The position numbers and the translations under genes were made by a program. Of a stretch of 64,000 bases of DNA, positions 62,075-64,000 are shown one piece after another. The notes beneath the pieces are model-generated. The model saw nothing but the letters and a program-made list of their open reading frames with translations, searched no databases and had not been told where the DNA came from. The DNA comes from Nemertoderma westbladi (lineage: Eukaryota; Animalia; Xenacoelomorpha): NCBI GenBank assembly GCA_032718475.1, contig JAUCBJ010002167.1, forward strand, positions 1-64,000, written 5' to 3'. Within the stretch, counting starts at the first letter, position 1. Every line of letters begins with the position of its first letter.

Positions 62075-62269
62075 GCCATGCTGCGCGTATCTCACCAACG
62101 AACTCTTACGCACATTCATGGAGGAAATCGCCACCTATCTCAACGAGCGACCATTGATGACTGTATTGTCAGACCCGGAATATATATATAACAAAATTAA
62201 CAATTAACAATTTTTTCCTAATAACAATATCACAAAACAACATCATTGTTATTGAAAGTTTTTTATGAT

Positions 62270-62820
62270 TAATGGAATCCCGACTCTAAGTTCTCTGTTT
62301 CGATGCCCCTAATTTTTTATTTCAAAGCATCTTTATTGGTTTTCTGGGTCGCTGAATCGATTGAAAGTAATATAGAAGCCTGAAGACTTAGAGGTTAGCC
62401 ATTTTTTGAAATCAAAATTCCGAATAAAATAATTTTGAAAATTTGAAGTGCCACGCCCTAATTTTGGGGCACCAAAAATTACGTACACCAAGGATTTGAG
62501 GCTTTTATATTACTTTCAATCGATTCAGCGCTCCAGAAAACCAATAAAAATGCCTCGAAATCAAAACTTTGGTAAATTTTCCGAATAAAGTAATTTTGAA
62601 ATTTTAAAGTGCCACGCCCTAATTTTGGTGCTCCAAAAATGACGTACCACTAAACTTACATGCTTGTATAGAGCATTAGAGTGATCCAAACCAATAAAAA
62701 TAAATAAAAATAGCACAAACATAAATAATTACTAAATCACGAATGACTTTGTAAAATTCGAAAATTTCAAAAAATTTGGTGCTGGAGACCAAATTTTGAG
62801 GTGGCACCCACATCGAATCT
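62270..62820. repeat. Non-autonomous DNA-element-like repeat with internal inverted and direct repeats
   Basis: GCTGAATCGATTGAAAGTAATATA vs TATATTACTTTCAATCGATTCAGC inverted pair; duplicated GTGCCACGCCCTAATTTTGG; resembles 15393-16925 and ~190-660. Confidence 0.55.
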
Positions 62821-63548
62821 AATTGCAACGTCATTTTTTGCAAAAGATGCGGCATTAAATTTGGCTAATTCTCAATAAAAATTGGGCCGGTACGTAATGT
62901 GGTTGCATAGTTACAGCAACTAAAATCTAGGAAGGGGCCGATTCGCTCTCTCTCTGTTTTTCTGCATGACGGTCTGCATGGAATACTAGATGTAAAAAAA
63001 AAAATGTAGAATAAATGAAGTCAATAGAAAAATCTATTAGTTCATGTAGAAATGTACTGTAGGTAGGGTCTGTCCGGCCACGCGGCCCGTTAAAAATAAG
63101 AGAACACCCAATACTTAAATAAAACTTTAGCTATGGTCGTTTCCCAGATCAGTAATTCCATTTCTGTCAGTTTTTAGTAATTATTATAAAAATAATCCAC
63201 AGTTATGTCTGAACTGCCCCTCACAAATATATACAATTATACCTAACAATTATATACCAACGCCTCTGGCATTACCTGATGATGCAATGGCAATTGTTAG
63301 GATGCATTAACTATTTTTAAAAACAGAATAAGTCAATTATCATTTTATGGACGCTACACAGACAAGGAACAGCCGACACTGTTGTTGGGGGCCCACACAT
63401 TTAGGTTGTGATTTATTTGCTGTCTTGTTAACTTTGTTTAACTTTGTCTTGTGAAATTGATTTATTGACTTGGCTTGTGGCCCTGATATATTTGTTTGAT
63501 TAATTCTTGCGCGGACGATATTTCGAGATTTCAAATATTATACATTAC

Positions 63549-63760
63549 CTCAGACACAATGCGGTGCATCGTATTCTAGAAACGCGGCTATTGATATTAC
63601 TAATCCAATGATTCTGTAACTGATGATCCACTGATGATCCATGAATACCCATTCCAAATGTCGCTGCCCTGTGACACAACATTCCTATGTCGCAACAACA
63701 TAAATGAGTTCCCAAGACGACCATTAAACCTGCTGTGATTAGAAGGTATTGCGGATTCAT
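63549..63760 (-). CDS. Host first coding exon: signal peptide + N-terminal half of a PAN/Apple domain
   Basis: MNPQYLLITAGLMVVLGTHLCCC hydrophobic leader; DHQLQNHWISNI..SRIRCTALCL; ends AG|GTAATG in phase 2 and joins 21681 to give CTALCLRNSNCKSINY. Confidence 0.8.
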
Positions 63761-64000
63761 AATTAAGTTTCCCAGAAGCGGTAATTGTCTGAATCAGTGG
63801 CTGGTTAGTTAGTGTCTGGAGAGCTATTTATTCAGAGTGTACAATAATTACTTGATATAATTGATGGTAATCCTACACACAAACATATAAATATAATACA
63901 AAAATTGCAATTGACAGGTCACTAAAAGAAATCGGATTTTAAATTATTTAAACAATTCAAAATAATTTCGAAAATATATGCACAAAGTGTGTGGGTGTGG

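Larger units (their letters stand above)
27370..62180 (+). mobile_element. Old degenerate BEL/Pao element acting as host for nested insertions (pieces 27370-28521, 35774-36587, 41932-43258, 62075-62180)
   Basis: Pieces read collinearly: YLTHHYIPKP | KPNEVRVVFDGSA..LLPGPNLL, PLGFISP, SKSFI | NLRVP.AELKAA, MDLFG, SDKGTNFIGA, RLICRVK..VPC | CAYLTNELLRTFMEEIATYLNERPL; the 5' limit is uncertain (possible gag remnant at ~25.9 kb). Confidence 0.85.

Overview
AT-rich eukaryotic (invertebrate-like) DNA dominated by nested transposable elements that lie in the introns of a minus-strand host gene for a secreted protein (signal peptide + PAN/Apple, then TSP1 and calcium-binding EGF exons; its first coding intron is ~42 kb). 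From left to right: a young, complete BEL/Pao LTR retrotransposon (1450-8935, TSD CTAAG) that has no tRNA-type PBS but shows a Tf1-like self-priming arrangement; several RTE-like LINE copies and non-autonomous DNA elements; and an old BEL/Pao element split in turn by an L2-type LINE (with a 123-bp coding minisatellite and a Tc1 in its tail), a Mag-like Ty3/gypsy with identical LTRs, and an 18.8-kb insertion with Polinton/Maverick hallmarks (AGTAGT...ACTACT ends, ~340-bp TIRs, 6-bp TSD GCCATG). That insertion has no recognisable Polinton core genes. It is filled instead with two degenerate BEL/Pao copies, one carrying an extra downstream ORF that looks like a DEDDy (WRN/RNase D-type) 3'-5' exonuclease fused to three CCHC zinc knuckles. 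All assignments come from motif reading by eye; no database searches were run.
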